Part shown: positions 1 to 11,824 of the stretch, in pieces
How positions within the stretch are numbered: position 1 is the stretch's first letter
Layout: the number at the start of each line of letters is the position of its first letter
Assembly (NCBI RefSeq): GCF_006345805.1
Contig: NC_043013.1
Span: 20,336,001-20,400,000 of the forward strand
Direction: 5' to 3'
From: Octopus sinensis
Lineage: Eukaryota
Length of the DNA stretch: 64,000 bases
Notes under the pieces: model-generated
Database searches by the model: none
Seen by the model: the letters and a program-made list of their open reading frames with translations, nothing else
Told to the model about the DNA's origin: nothing
Position numbers and translations under genes: made by a program

Positions 1-1039
1 ACATATATATATATATACATATATACACATATATATATATATACATATATATATATTAATTGAAATGTACAGTATTATGTATCCGTAACAGCCAATGTTA
101 CCAATCAGTTTTGCACTCGGGGTTCAATGGAGTGTTAGATAACTGCTCGATTACATAGCCCTGTGCTCTTCAGAGATGGCAGTTGGCTGTTCGATATATA
201 TGCCTGTAGTGTCTGTAGTGTGTATGTATGTATGTAGTGTTTATAATGCGACTAAATATTAGAGATTTCTTTTCATTCTTGTAAATTATTTCAGCTTTTT
301 TACCAAACTTCTTGGAACCTAATTTTAGAAACTGTAGACTTTGAACGCCTCACCTCTTCATACAGTAACTAGGACAGACCATACATCCAACTTACTGTAA
401 AAACTTTCAACGCACAAAAACCTCCATTGCTAACCATTTCCAGTGAAAAACAGTTGCAGAATAAAATATGGAGAGAATATTCAATCACAAACTGAAAGGA
501 TTTTAAACTCAAAAGTAAAAAAAAAAGAAAAAAAAAGGAAAAATTACCCAGAAAATATTCAGAAAAAAAAAATCTATATTTTTATCAATATTCCTATTGT
601 CATGTTGTAATCATAATAATAATTATGGTTACAACAACAACAACAATCTACCGTTTTGTTAATTCTGATAACCTTTGTACCTTTGTTATATTACCACATA
701 ATATCACTATTGGTAAACATTTTAAATATACACAGAATATTATATATATATGTATACATATGTATATTATGTATATGTGAATATGTATATATATATATAT
801 ATGTATGTATATATGAGGATGTATATTTCTGTTTTGTTTTGTTTTTTTGTTTCTAATTGATGGAAATCTCTCCAGAATATTCCATATTTTAAAATATATT
901 TGCATCAATAATTCAGATTTTCAAACATTTCTCCAATTGACAAATTTTTTTCAAGTTTATCATCAGCATTATTATTATTATTATTATTGTTATTATTATT
1001 ATTGTTATTATTCAAGCAAATGACCTAACAGAATCATAA

Positions 1040-1235
1040 GTGCTTCAGACAAAATGCGTAGCAGATTTACTTCCAGCTCTTGACATTCTGAGTTCCAATC
1101 CTGCTGAAGTCAACCTAGTTTTTCATCCTTTCAGGGTTGATAAAGTAGGGTACCAGTTGACTACTGGGGAGAGTCGATGTAATAGAGCAATGGCCTCTCC
1201 CTAAAATTGCTGGCCTTGTGCCAATAATTGAAACA
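1040..1235 (+). mobile_element. SINE family A, degenerate copy with A2 tail
   Basis: Box-B-like GAGTTCCAATCC, central ttttcatcctttcagggttgataaa, tail aaaattgctggccttgtgcca shared with many copies in the window. Confidence 0.75.
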
Positions 1236-1552
1236 TTTTATTAGTCTTGTTGATTGTTGATAAAAGAAATACCAGTCACAATCTGGGCTCATTCTACTAT
1301 ATCATCTCCCAACTTCACACTCCATTTTCTGGCTTTATGTCAGTGTAAGAAATCAGGGTCTATAGATTCAAATGTTCGTTCCTCTCCCACAATTAGGGCC
1401 TTGGTCCTATAGTGTCAGTGATGTACCAGTTACATACTGGGTTCAACATAACAACCCTGTCGCTTTCTACCTATATTACAAATCATTATTGGCTGATGGA
1501 TTGGCAGAGGTCTTAGAATACCAGAAGAAATGCCTTGTGGTATTTAGTTACA

Positions 1553-1968
1553 GGCGCCAAGCTGGTAGAAACATTATCACACCAGGCAAAATGCGTAGCC
1601 GTTTTTCGTCTGCCGTTACGTTCTGAGTTCAAATTCCGCCAATTTTCATTTTTGCCTTTCATCCTTTCGGGGTCGATAAATTAAGCACCAGTTACGCACT
1701 GGGGTCGATGTAATCGACTTAATCCATTTAACTGTCCTTGTCTGTCCCCTCTGTGTTTAGCCCCTTGTGGATAGTAAAGAAATAGGTATTTCGTTTGTTG
1801 CTACGTTCTGAGTTCAAATTCCACCGAGGTCGACTTTGCCTATCATCCTTTCGGGGTCAATTAAATAAGTACCAGTTATGCACTGGGGTCGATATAATCA
1901 ACTTAATCCGTTTAACTGTCCTTGTTTGTCCTGTCTGTGTTTAGCCCCTTGTGGCTAGTAAAGAAATA
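1553..1968 (+). mobile_element. SINE family A dimer (one tRNA-like head, two body+A1-tail units)
   Basis: Head ggcgccaagctggtagaa, box B GAGTTCAAATTCC twice; flanking direct repeat ggtat(t/c)tagttacag at 1539-1553 and 1969-1983. Confidence 0.9.
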
Positions 1969-2554
1969 GGTATCTAGTTACAGCTTTTTATAATTTAAGT
2001 TCAAATCTCACTAAGATCAACTTTACCTTTCATTTTCCCTGGGTCCATATAATCCAAATTATACCCTCCCCAAAATCCTGGCCTTTTGCCTCTTTAAGAA
2101 GTCACTACTACTACAACCACTGAGTTGTTTGGCAAAAGTGATGGACATACAATTTTACGACCCTTTATGTTCTAAGTTCATATTTCATTGATGGTTGATC
2201 ATTCCTTTTAATCTCCCTGGAGTCAATGAATACTAAGGTTGATCTAGTTAACCCCATAATAACTTTATTAAGGTGGCAAGCTGACAGACTTGTTAACATG
2301 CTTTTAGCATTTTGTCTGTCTTTATGCTCAGGGTTAGAGTTCCACTGAGCTTGAGTTTGCTTTTCCTCTTAATGAGGTTGATATAATTAATTTGCCCCCA
2401 TCCCACAAAATTTCAGGTCTTCTCAAAATTAGAGTTATTATTAGTTGAAAGCTGTAGCCTCCCATTATTATGAAGTTTTACTCAGTCACTCAGAAAATAG
2501 TAGCTAAATCTCTCTCAAATAGCTACCCCTTCTGGACAAAATGTCTTATGGTAT

Positions 2555-2760
2555 TTAGCTGGCAGAAACATTAGCACGCCAGGAGAAATGCTTAGCAGTA
2601 TTATGTCTGCTGCTACATTCTGAGTTCAAATTCCGCCGAGGTCGACTTTGCCTTTCATCCTTTTGGGGTCGATTAAATAAGTACCAATTACGCACTGGGG
2701 TCTGTCCATGTTTGTTCTCTCTGTGTTTAGCCCTTTGTGGGTAGTAAAGAAATAGGTATT
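2555..2760 (+). mobile_element. SINE family A, A1 tail
   Basis: Matches other A copies; ggtatttag on both flanks. Confidence 0.85.
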
Positions 2761-3045
2761 TAGTTATGTGTTTTGTTTTTGTGCATAAATCTCACCACAG
2801 TTAACTTTCTCTTCCATCCTTCAAGAAAGTTTTACAAAATTATAGAAAATAATAATCAGGTACTGGGGTGGATATACCCTGAATGCCTCCCTACCCCATT
2901 CAGTTTGTAAGACACCCTGTCCAGTGAGAAATCTGTCTTTTATTAGTCCATGGGTAGGAAACGCATGCTTAGGACCAAGGGTGAATTGCAGTTATGTGTG
3001 GGTGCACCACATCTGTGCTGGGGAAAATAATCTTAAATTTACAAT

Positions 3046-3540
3046 TTAATTTGGGTGTATAATTTGTTTTAAATTATTGTTATTGGTTTTAAACAGATTA
3101 TTTTCCATAATCTGTTTTATCCTTAAAATGTGGTTGTTTAGAGAGAGACAACATCTGTGGTTGGTGGATTTAGATTTAGATAAAGCTATTCCCCACCTTT
3201 CATATTTGATTAATACCTGAGAATCTTGACTAAAGATTGATAGCATACACCCACCCCTAGAAGAGAATTTACTAACCACAGGATCAGCATTAAGAGTTCT
3301 AAATCACAGACCATTTTCTCCAAGTAACCAGAATGAAAGCCCTGCTGAAACCCTACAGAGAACTTCTGCGGTATCCTTTGGACCTGCTAGAAATAGTAGC
3401 CAAACCACATCAAACCCTCTTACAGAAAGAACACAGACAACATGCTTCTAGCAGCATTGTGACCAAGTCAAGATGGTTCCTAACAAGGGGGGTCTTTGAT
3501 CATAAGTTTGGTCAGTCAGGTATATCCTTCAGCTAAATAA
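3046..3540. other. Unique island with several overlapping open frames; possible host exon, strand unresolved
   Basis: + frame 3230-3451 (S/T/P-rich KIDSIHPPLEENLL...TTCF*), + ORF 3333-3536, - ORF 3046-3279 and another splice-bounded - frame; no homolog recognised. Confidence 0.3.
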
Positions 3541-4979
3541 TAATTAAAACTTAAATGCAAGTTCTATGGTTGTACTTAACTATGTTGGCAGTGAGACGTA
3601 CTCTAATTGGGCTAAACTAGAGTACCCCAACCAACACATTTTCTACACACTACTTACAATCTACAACGAAATAGAGAAATATAACATATTTAACAGAAAT
3701 ATAACACATACACAAGAAATTTAGAAATATAACATACATACACACACACATTTTTAGCTTCTTTCTGACATAAGACAAAATCCTACCGGAAAGAATAAGG
3801 GATCTCACAAGGGACTCTGATGACCCCAGATTTTAGCCATGTGCATGTGGGAAGTGCCATACATTAACAACCAAATCTACATTTCAATTTTGTGCCGTTG
3901 TAAAAGAGACAGAAATTGGTTATTTTTGTTTTAGTTGATGATAATAATAATGATGATGATGATGATGATGATTAGTAGCAACAACAACAATGAGATATTC
4001 ATTAACACTTTATAATTAATCTTAGAGATTTCTAATGAATTTCTATCAAGAATCAAGGTTATTATCAACAAAAAACTTCCTCCCCACTCTCTCTGAAACA
4101 AACACACACACTCTCTCTCTCTCTCTCTTTCACTCTTTCCCTCTCTCTCAGCTGTTTCTCTCCCTTTACTTTCCTCTCCTTCTCCTCCACAAATTCTTCC
4201 CTCTCTCCTTCTCTTTAATTCTACCTCTCAATCTTTTACTTACTCTGTCTCCGTCTTTCTCGTTTTTCCCTTTCAACCAACGAAAGAGCCCCTATGCGGT
4301 TAATTGTTCTGCTACAAATAGCAGCACAATCACCTTCAAATCACAGCTGGAGTATCTTTGATCATAGGTCTGTCTGTTTACTAGATCAAGGTTAACCTGA
4401 GGCTAAACAACACCAACTCATTGATTTCAAATGTCTCCCCCCCTCCATGCCCAACCCCCCAAAGTCTTCTATATTTCTATCTCCTTCTCAGTCTCTCTTT
4501 TACTCTTCTTTTCACCCCACTTCCCATACAATGTACAAGAATGAGGCCTACCCTCACTACTACTACTACTACTACTATACTACTACTAATACTACTACTA
4601 CTACACTTCACAGATTTTTAATTAGAAATCATTTAGTTATAGAATGCACCAACCATTGTCTAATCAAGCACACCCCTGATTTTCAATGACCAATCAGTGT
4701 CTCATTAAGTCCACTGTTGATCAATGAATAACCTGAAACCCTCCCACTCTTCCCCACCCCCACAATCACCCACTACTGACCAGTCACTATCCACATTCTA
4801 TACTTTCCACTGGTCAACATCACAGCATCTTCATCCCTCCCCATCTCATATCTCACTCTTCTGACCTTCACCTTTCACCTTTGACTCACCTCCCACCCTC
4901 ACCCAGATAGTTTTATATACTGCAAAAAAAAAAGAAGAAAAAAAAAAGGAAAGCAAGAAACAATACAAATATAGTGTAA

Positions 4980-5014
<35 letters not shown>

Positions 5015-5289
5015 TAATCATAATAATAATAATAATAATCACAACAGTAATAGTAATATTACAAGAATATGATATAATTAATGGTTAATGAAAAACTGAT
5101 GCCATTTCTCTAATATTGGACATTTCTAAAGACACAAAAGGGATTCTAAGATTTTCATGTATTTTATTGTAAAATTTGGAGAAAAAATTATTATTATTAT
5201 TAACAAAAACTGATAAAATAAATTGATAAATAAAATACATTTTACCAATGATTACATTGTTCTTGTTGTCTATGCATGTGTTTTATCAA

Positions 5290-5835
5290 ATAATAAGGAA
5301 ATTATTGTGTATAGCGCTCAGGTGCACTACAACTCATCACAGGTGCATGTACAGGACATAGAATTATGTACAAAAACCAGGAAAGTGAACAGCGTATGAG
5401 TCATAATATACATGTGCGCATGCGTATGGAAGGGAGGTGGGATATCAGATGTAGTGTTGGCGAATTTCAGGAAGCATGGAGGTTTTTAAAGGGTGCAATG
5501 TTTCGGCAACTAACAACTGATGCAGGTAGTTTAGTTTGTTCCATGCTTCAGAAACTCTGAATGTGAAGAAATGTTTCTGAAAGTCATGGATGGGAGCTGT
5601 GCTGTTTTCTGACCTTGTAGGCATGCCCATGTACGTTAGACACATGGAGCTCAAAAAAGATGCTCACAAGGTGGTTGTTGGCACGATGGTTAATAATTTT
5701 GTGGGTGTTTACCAAGTCAATTGCCAGGCATCAGATCTTCAATGTATCTATGCCCAGGGAAGCAAGGTGTTCAGAGTATGGTAGATACCTGATGGTGGGT
5801 ATTCATTTGGTTGCACATCTCTGAACAGTTTCCAG
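5290..5835 (-). mobile_element. CR1-clade LINE 3' fragment
   Basis: Translates LETVQRCATK*IPTIRYLPYSEHLASLG...HGHAYKVRKQHS...FTFRVSEAWNKL, typical CR1 ORF2 C-terminus; 3' end gcacctgagc then ATT-rich tail. Confidence 0.9.
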
Positions 5836-6175
5836 GAGGCATGGTCTGTCACAAACTGTGCACACAAAAAGGTCAGTGTCATTCACCTTCTCAATCATAA
5901 CATTCTTCCTAAGATCTCTTTTTGAGTCTTACTTGTGTTATCCTGGCCTCTCCAAATGCTTTCACTCCACTCCACACCTTTGTTCTCCATCCAACTCGAC
6001 CCGAAGCAAGGGTTTCTATGTATTCTGAATCGATCCCAAGTGACTTCATAATAGTCCTGATGCCGTCCTTAAACCTTTTTTTTAGGTTTATGCCAATAGT
6101 GTTTCTCCTCTGCAAGCTCACCATAAAACAGCTGTTTCAGCATGCGTTCATCCACCATTCGAACCACATGGCCAC
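5836..6175 (-). mobile_element. RTE-clade LINE 3' coding fragment
   Basis: GHVVRMVDERMLKQLFYGEL, RFKDGIRTIMKSLGI...GWRTKVWSG and terminal CxxC (CTVCDRPC). Confidence 0.85.
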
Positions 6176-6239
6176 ACACATATATATACATATATACATA
6201 CATACATACATGTATACATATATATATATGTATATATAT

Positions 6240-6550
6240 AACAATTGCAGCGTGGAAGGTATTTGTAAGCCATTTAAGAAACACACAAAAGCTGTTCGAT
6301 TCACTTCAACATTTAAGTTTAATTTGTCAAAATATTTTCGTCGCTAAAATCCGCGCTGCACAGATTTTTGTCAGTGAACAGGTCGAGGATTTTAGCGATG
6401 AAAATATTTTGACAAATTAAACTTAAATGCTGAAGTGAATCGAACGCTTTTGTGTGTTTCTTAAATGGCTTACAAATACCTTCCACACTGCAATTGTTTT
6501 CGTTCCAGCACACAATCTCAGATCAAATCACTTGCTATGTGAGTACATCT
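6240..6550 (+). mobile_element. Foldback element, probably a non-autonomous Penelope-like derivative with inverted pseudo-LTR
   Basis: Arms 6240-6352 and 6387-6498 are near-perfect inverted repeats with a 34-bp spacer; hammerhead-like fold at 6367-6416; sequence continues past the right arm. Confidence 0.65.
6367..6416 (+). ncRNA. Candidate minimal hammerhead ribozyme, G3-C8 core variant
   Basis: Stem I tttgtca/tgacaaa, core GTGAACA, stem II gtcg/cgat, GAAA, palindromic stem III AATATT. Confidence 0.5.
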
Positions 6551-6879
6551 CTGTATATATATATAGATAGATAGAGAGATAAATAGATTAGAGAGAGGTA
6601 TTCTCTGTATAGAGTAGGGAGAGGAGTAAATGTAAGGACAAGCAAGTTAGGCAAGTCGATATACAAATATATTAAATACATTTAAAAGTTTACATATAGA
6701 AAGGCCCAACTTACACAGAATAGAAATGATATTAGGAAATCATTTCTATTCATGTAAGTCAGACCATTTTATATATAAATGTATGACAAGTTTTTGTATC
6801 AAATGTATTTATTATTTTTTATAAATAAATATTTTACTTGTCCTTACATTTACTCATATAGATATATATATCTTTATAT

Positions 6880-6921
<42 letters not shown>

Positions 6922-8179
6922 TCAACACGCCATTATTTTCCACTTCCCTCTGTGAACCATTGCCCAACTTCTGTTCCACCATTATCCACCTCCTTTCTGA
7001 AACACTGCCATTGTCTATTTCCAGCTGTAGAAACTAGACCGAAATGCTTCTCCTACTCTACCATAATATTGAATAATAAAGATTTAGCAGCATAGACTGT
7101 ATCACGAAGAAATTCATACTTTACTTCTCGTTACCAAGTTCAAATCCATTCATTGTATGGTTTACCCTCTATTCCCTCAGGGAGAAAAATTCTAACACAA
7201 TGAGTAAAAAATATCAACAGATAAAATATAAGCAAGGAAAATAGCAACAAGTTAAATAACAATATTTCCAAAAATAGTTATGACAAAAATATCATCATAA
7301 AAGCCAAAAATACTGATAACAACAACAACTCCAACAATAATGACAAGCAGTAAGAGACTGGTTAGAAAGGTGGCTACCAAAAGCTAAAATGGGAGTGATG
7401 ATAAAAGTATAAGAATATGTGAAGACATTGTCAGATCAATATATTGGAATATAGTATTGTGTTCTTGAAGAAATCGGCCTCAATCTTAAATCCCATTTGA
7501 AAGTAAGATTTTACTATTTTGGCTCTCAATATTAGACAAATGACGCATTTCTTCCAGTATGCTTATTTTGGTTTATGTCTTAGCATCTCCCATGTGTCAC
7601 CTTTTGTTTTTTTTTTTTCTTTTTGACCAATTCCCGAAATAACATTCTATGTGTTTGTGTGTTTAAACCAGGTCACTCTGTACAACTGGTGTTCTCTGCA
7701 ATAATGGTAATTCTGAATCTGTGGCTTGTATTTAGCACAGAGGGAGCTTATTGTATCTATAATGTAGCCAACTAAATTGGAAACTGTGACAGCTATGTTT
7801 GGAATTCTATAGAACATGAAAATAATAAAATATGGTCTTCGGGGATTGATTTTAAAATTAGAATGTGCCAACCAAAGGGGAGTGTTGTCAACTTGTAAAG
7901 GAAATAGCCAATATATGAAATAAGTGAACCCAATTTCAATCCCCAGTTGAGATCTGTTAACTTATGTTTCTGTTGCATTTGAGAAGATACAATGCACTAT
8001 TGCTCCCTAAAAGTATCCATAGAAGACTACCAGTATGAAGAAAATCAAGACAAATTGTTGTATGGCCCTGATCCAGCAGACATATGAGCAAAGACAATCC
8101 AATTGTGACTATCCTGTTTTCCTTTCATATCTCATTTTATCTGGCATGTCCTGCCTTTTTAAAAACCACCTTAAAAAAG

Positions 8180-8410
8180 TGAGCTGGCAGAAACGTTAGC
8201 ACACTGGGCGAAATGCGTAGCCATACTTCGTCTGCCATTATGTTCTGAGTTCAAATTCCGCTGAGGTCGACTTTGCTTTTCATCCTTTTGGGGTCAATAG
8301 AATAAGTACCAGTTATGCACTGGGGTCGATGCAATCGACTTAATCCATGTGTCTGTCCTTGTTTGTCCCCTCTGTGTTTAGCCCCTTGTGGGTAGTAAAG
8401 AAATAAGTAT
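8180..8410 (+). mobile_element. SINE family A, A1 tail
   Basis: Full head-body-tail similarity to 36307-36536. Confidence 0.9.
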
Positions 8411-9112
8411 ATGATCTGATGGAGAAGTGACTGCCATTTCTAGTCATTTAACCAATTGCTTAGAAGTTTCCTTGACTCAATAACAGAAATCTTATCTTGA
8501 TTGATTGGAAATGAATGTTATAAAGAAAATCTATAATAAACAAACACAAACTGCCACACCTTGTCTAACATTCAAACAATGCATAAACCTCACATCTTCA
8601 CCAACAGACATAAACCTTCTACAAATGAAAGCTGAACTGTTAAGAAAAAAAAAAAAAAAACCCAACTACTGTATTGTTAGTTTTTCTTTTCAATATGATG
8701 GCTTACTGAGTCAAACACCTACTTTGAATAATGGCAACAGGGGTATTTCTGCTAATGGCACATAAAGGTGAGGTATTAAACTGAATGATAGATTTATCAA
8801 CCAGCCAACAATAAGAAGCCTCTATCACGTATGCACACGTGCTTCTGATGGACTCCCTTTTAGTTTCCATCCATCGAATTTTACTCACAAGGTTTAGGTC
8901 AACCCAAGTCAGTAGTAAAATAGACCTACTAAAGTTGCCACTCAAGGGAATCAAAATTTATAACTGCCAAGCCTCAGAACCAATTTCATAATGACCTGGC
9001 CACTGTTACCTCTGAATAGTTTCCCACAAAATGGTACATAACTAAGTAGACATAGACAGTGAGAATTAAGGCTTTGGGGACTATATTTCTATTGAGCAGA
9101 TTACATATATAC

Positions 9113-9150
<38 letters not shown>

Positions 9151-9490
9151 TAATAATAATAATAATAAAAACATTGTGTACAGTGCTCAGGTGCACTACA
9201 ACTCATCTAAAGTGTATGTATAATCAGGTGTAGTTTCGGCAGATTTTGGAAAGCATGAGGGCCTTAAAGGATGCAGTGTCATGGCAGTCAACAACTGATG
9301 CAGGCAGTTTGTTCCATGCTTCAGCAACTCTGAGCGTGAAAAAATGTTTCCGAAAGTCATGGGAGCTGTGTTGTTTTCTGACTTTGTAGGCATGTCCACG
9401 TGTGTTAGACACATGAAGATCAAAAAAGTGTTCAGTGTTGTTGTTGGTGAGGTGGTTGATAACTTTGTGGGTGTTTACCATCTTGATATA
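9113..9490 (-). mobile_element. CR1-clade LINE 3' fragment with (ATT)n tail
   Basis: SNTRGHAYKVRKQHSSHDFRKHFFTLRVAEAWNKLPASVV; same family as 5290-5835. Confidence 0.9.
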
Positions 9491-9509
9491 TAAACACACA
9501 CACACATTA

Positions 9510-10315
9510 CATGGTAAAATGCAAGCAAGAGATTGTTAAGATTATAAATCTGGGAAAGTACAGCACAAGTTATTACATTTCAAAAAGTACAGGACAACTT
9601 ATTACGTCTGATAAAGTACAGAAGCAAGACTTCGTCACACTTTCTTCTATCATTGAAGCTAAGATAAATATATTTTGCTTTTAAAATAAAAAAGTTATTT
9701 AGATCTAATCTTGATCGGTGGTATTACTTACTCTCCTATAATGTGGCTACAAATTTTGGTGTAAACTTTTTTCTGATGGACCAAATCTCAATTTTTTTAT
9801 GCCAAAATGTAACCAGGGACCAGTCCTCTTCAAAAATATTAATGTGTTTCCATTTGGTTAAGAATTGAATTAGCGACAAGCTCTGAAAGATGTCACATGT
9901 GAGTAAATTGCAGCCTCAAAAATATTATTCAACTACTACTGTAGTTGAATTATATACACATATATACATGTGTATGTATCATTCAACTATGGTAGTAGTT
10001 GAATAAGATTCTTAAGGCCGAAATTTACTCATATGCAGCATCTTCGGAGCTTGTCACAATGCAGTTCTTAAGCAAACTTTTAACATTTTTGAAGAGGATT
10101 GGTCCTTAGCTACATTTTGGCATAACAAAATTGAGATTTAATCTTGTAAAAAAAAGTTTACATCAAAATTTATAGCAACATTTTAGTAGAGTAAGTAACA
10201 CTGTCAATCAATTTTAGTTCTAACTAACTTTTTTTTTATTATAGAAGCAAAATATATTTATTTTAGCTTCGATGATAAACGAAAGCATGAAGAATTTCAT
10301 AGTTTTGTTTCCATG
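9510..10315. mobile_element. Palindromic non-autonomous DNA transposon (foldback/MITE)
   Basis: Left and right halves are diverged reverse complements around a ~30-bp spacer at 9951-9980; termini CATGG...CCATG. Confidence 0.8.
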
Positions 10316-10709
10316 CAACAAAAATTTGCTTGAAAAAAGTTGTGAGGTAAAATATCCTGAAAAAAATATAAGGCAAAAAATTGGATTTAAGTATAATTAA
10401 CTTTTTTTATTTTAAAAACAAACTATATTTTAATTAAACTTGAATGATAGAGCTCAATTCGAGGAATTTAATGGTATCAGTCTCATGCAATGAAGTTTTA
10501 AAGGAGAAAAGTCATAAGTGTCTGTTTCTCAAATTTGAGAGTGATAATATAGTTCTATACTTATTTATACATATATTTCTGTAAGAGACTTGTAATATAT
10601 GTCACTGCCATCATTGAGGTAAGGAAAAAATTATCAATGACACCACTAATTGGCACATTTGGCACATGGTCAATTAGAATAATAACATAGCCTGGAAAAA
10701 AATGAATTA

Positions 10710-11553
10710 CATAGAAAAATGTGAACAAGAGAAATAATATTCTTAAGATTATAAACCTGGAAAATTACAGGACAAGTTAGTACACTTGGAAAAGTTCAGG
10801 ACAAGTTATTACAACTGGTAAAATGCAAAACAAGAAAATTTTTACTTAAATTATTGAAGCTAAGGATAAAATCTGAATATTAAAAATTATTTGATTTTAA
10901 TTTACTAAGTAATATTATAAATAAAAAGGGTACCATCATTTTGTTAAAATACTGACACACTAGAATACTTTTAAAATGATAGCCAGAAGTACCAATGTCG
11001 CTAAAGTTTTATGCAAAATAGAATAGTATATATGATAGGCAAAGTCATTATGTAAAATATGGGCATTGGGTCAAGGCTAAAAATGTGAAGATTTAACAAT
11101 AACTCAAGCAAATTTTACTGTGAATTTGTTGTTATAGGGAGATTTTACTGTAATATATAACTAATTTTTGTATTATTCTATTTATTGTACTAATTATGTA
11201 CTATTATTATCTTTTATAACCTATTTTTAAAATTCTAATTATTGATTAATAATTACAAAAATGAATTTTTTTAAAGTGCAAAAAATATTTCAAATGAGTT
11301 TATTTTTTTATTTTTAATAGAAGTAATCAGTAATGAGAAACAGAAGTAATAACTTGTAATGAAATTTTAAGTTTTAATAAAAGCTAATATTTTCTAAATC
11401 TAAATATTTTATTTGAAATTTTATCCTTAGCTGCAATATTATTAGGATAAATTTTCTTGTTCTGTACTTTACTAGATGTAATAAATTGTTCTGTAATTTG
11501 CCAGGTTTTAATAATCTTAAGAATATTATTTCTCTTGCTCACATTTTTCCATG
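10710..11553. mobile_element. Non-autonomous TIR element related to 9510-10315
   Basis: ~165-bp TIRs (catagaaaaatgtgaacaagagaaataatattcttaag / cttaagaatattatttctcttgctcacatttttccatg), TA on both flanks. Confidence 0.8.
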
Positions 11554-11564
11554 TAATGCATGTA

Positions 11565-11795
11565 TGTATGTAGGTAGGTAGGTAGGTGTGTAGGTAGGTA
11601 GGTAGGTAGGTAGGTAGGTAGGTAGGTAGGTAGGTAGGTAGGTATGCATGTATGTAGGTAGGTATGTAGGTAGTTAGGTAGGTACATAGTACGTAGGTAG
11701 GTATATATGTAGGTAGGTAGGTAAGTAGGTATGTATGTATGTAGGTATGTAGGTAGATAGGTAGGTAGGTAGGTCGGTATGTAGGTAGGTAGGTA
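11565..11795. repeat. (TAGG)n/(TATG)n compound microsatellite
   Basis: Direct reading. Confidence 0.95.
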
Positions 11796-11824
11796 TAGAC
11801 ATTTGTAGAGAAATGTATATATTC

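Noticed and set aside
4600-4900. CCAAT boxes and TGACCT-like half sites as a promoter
   Set aside because: Short motifs without a linked transcription start or first exon.
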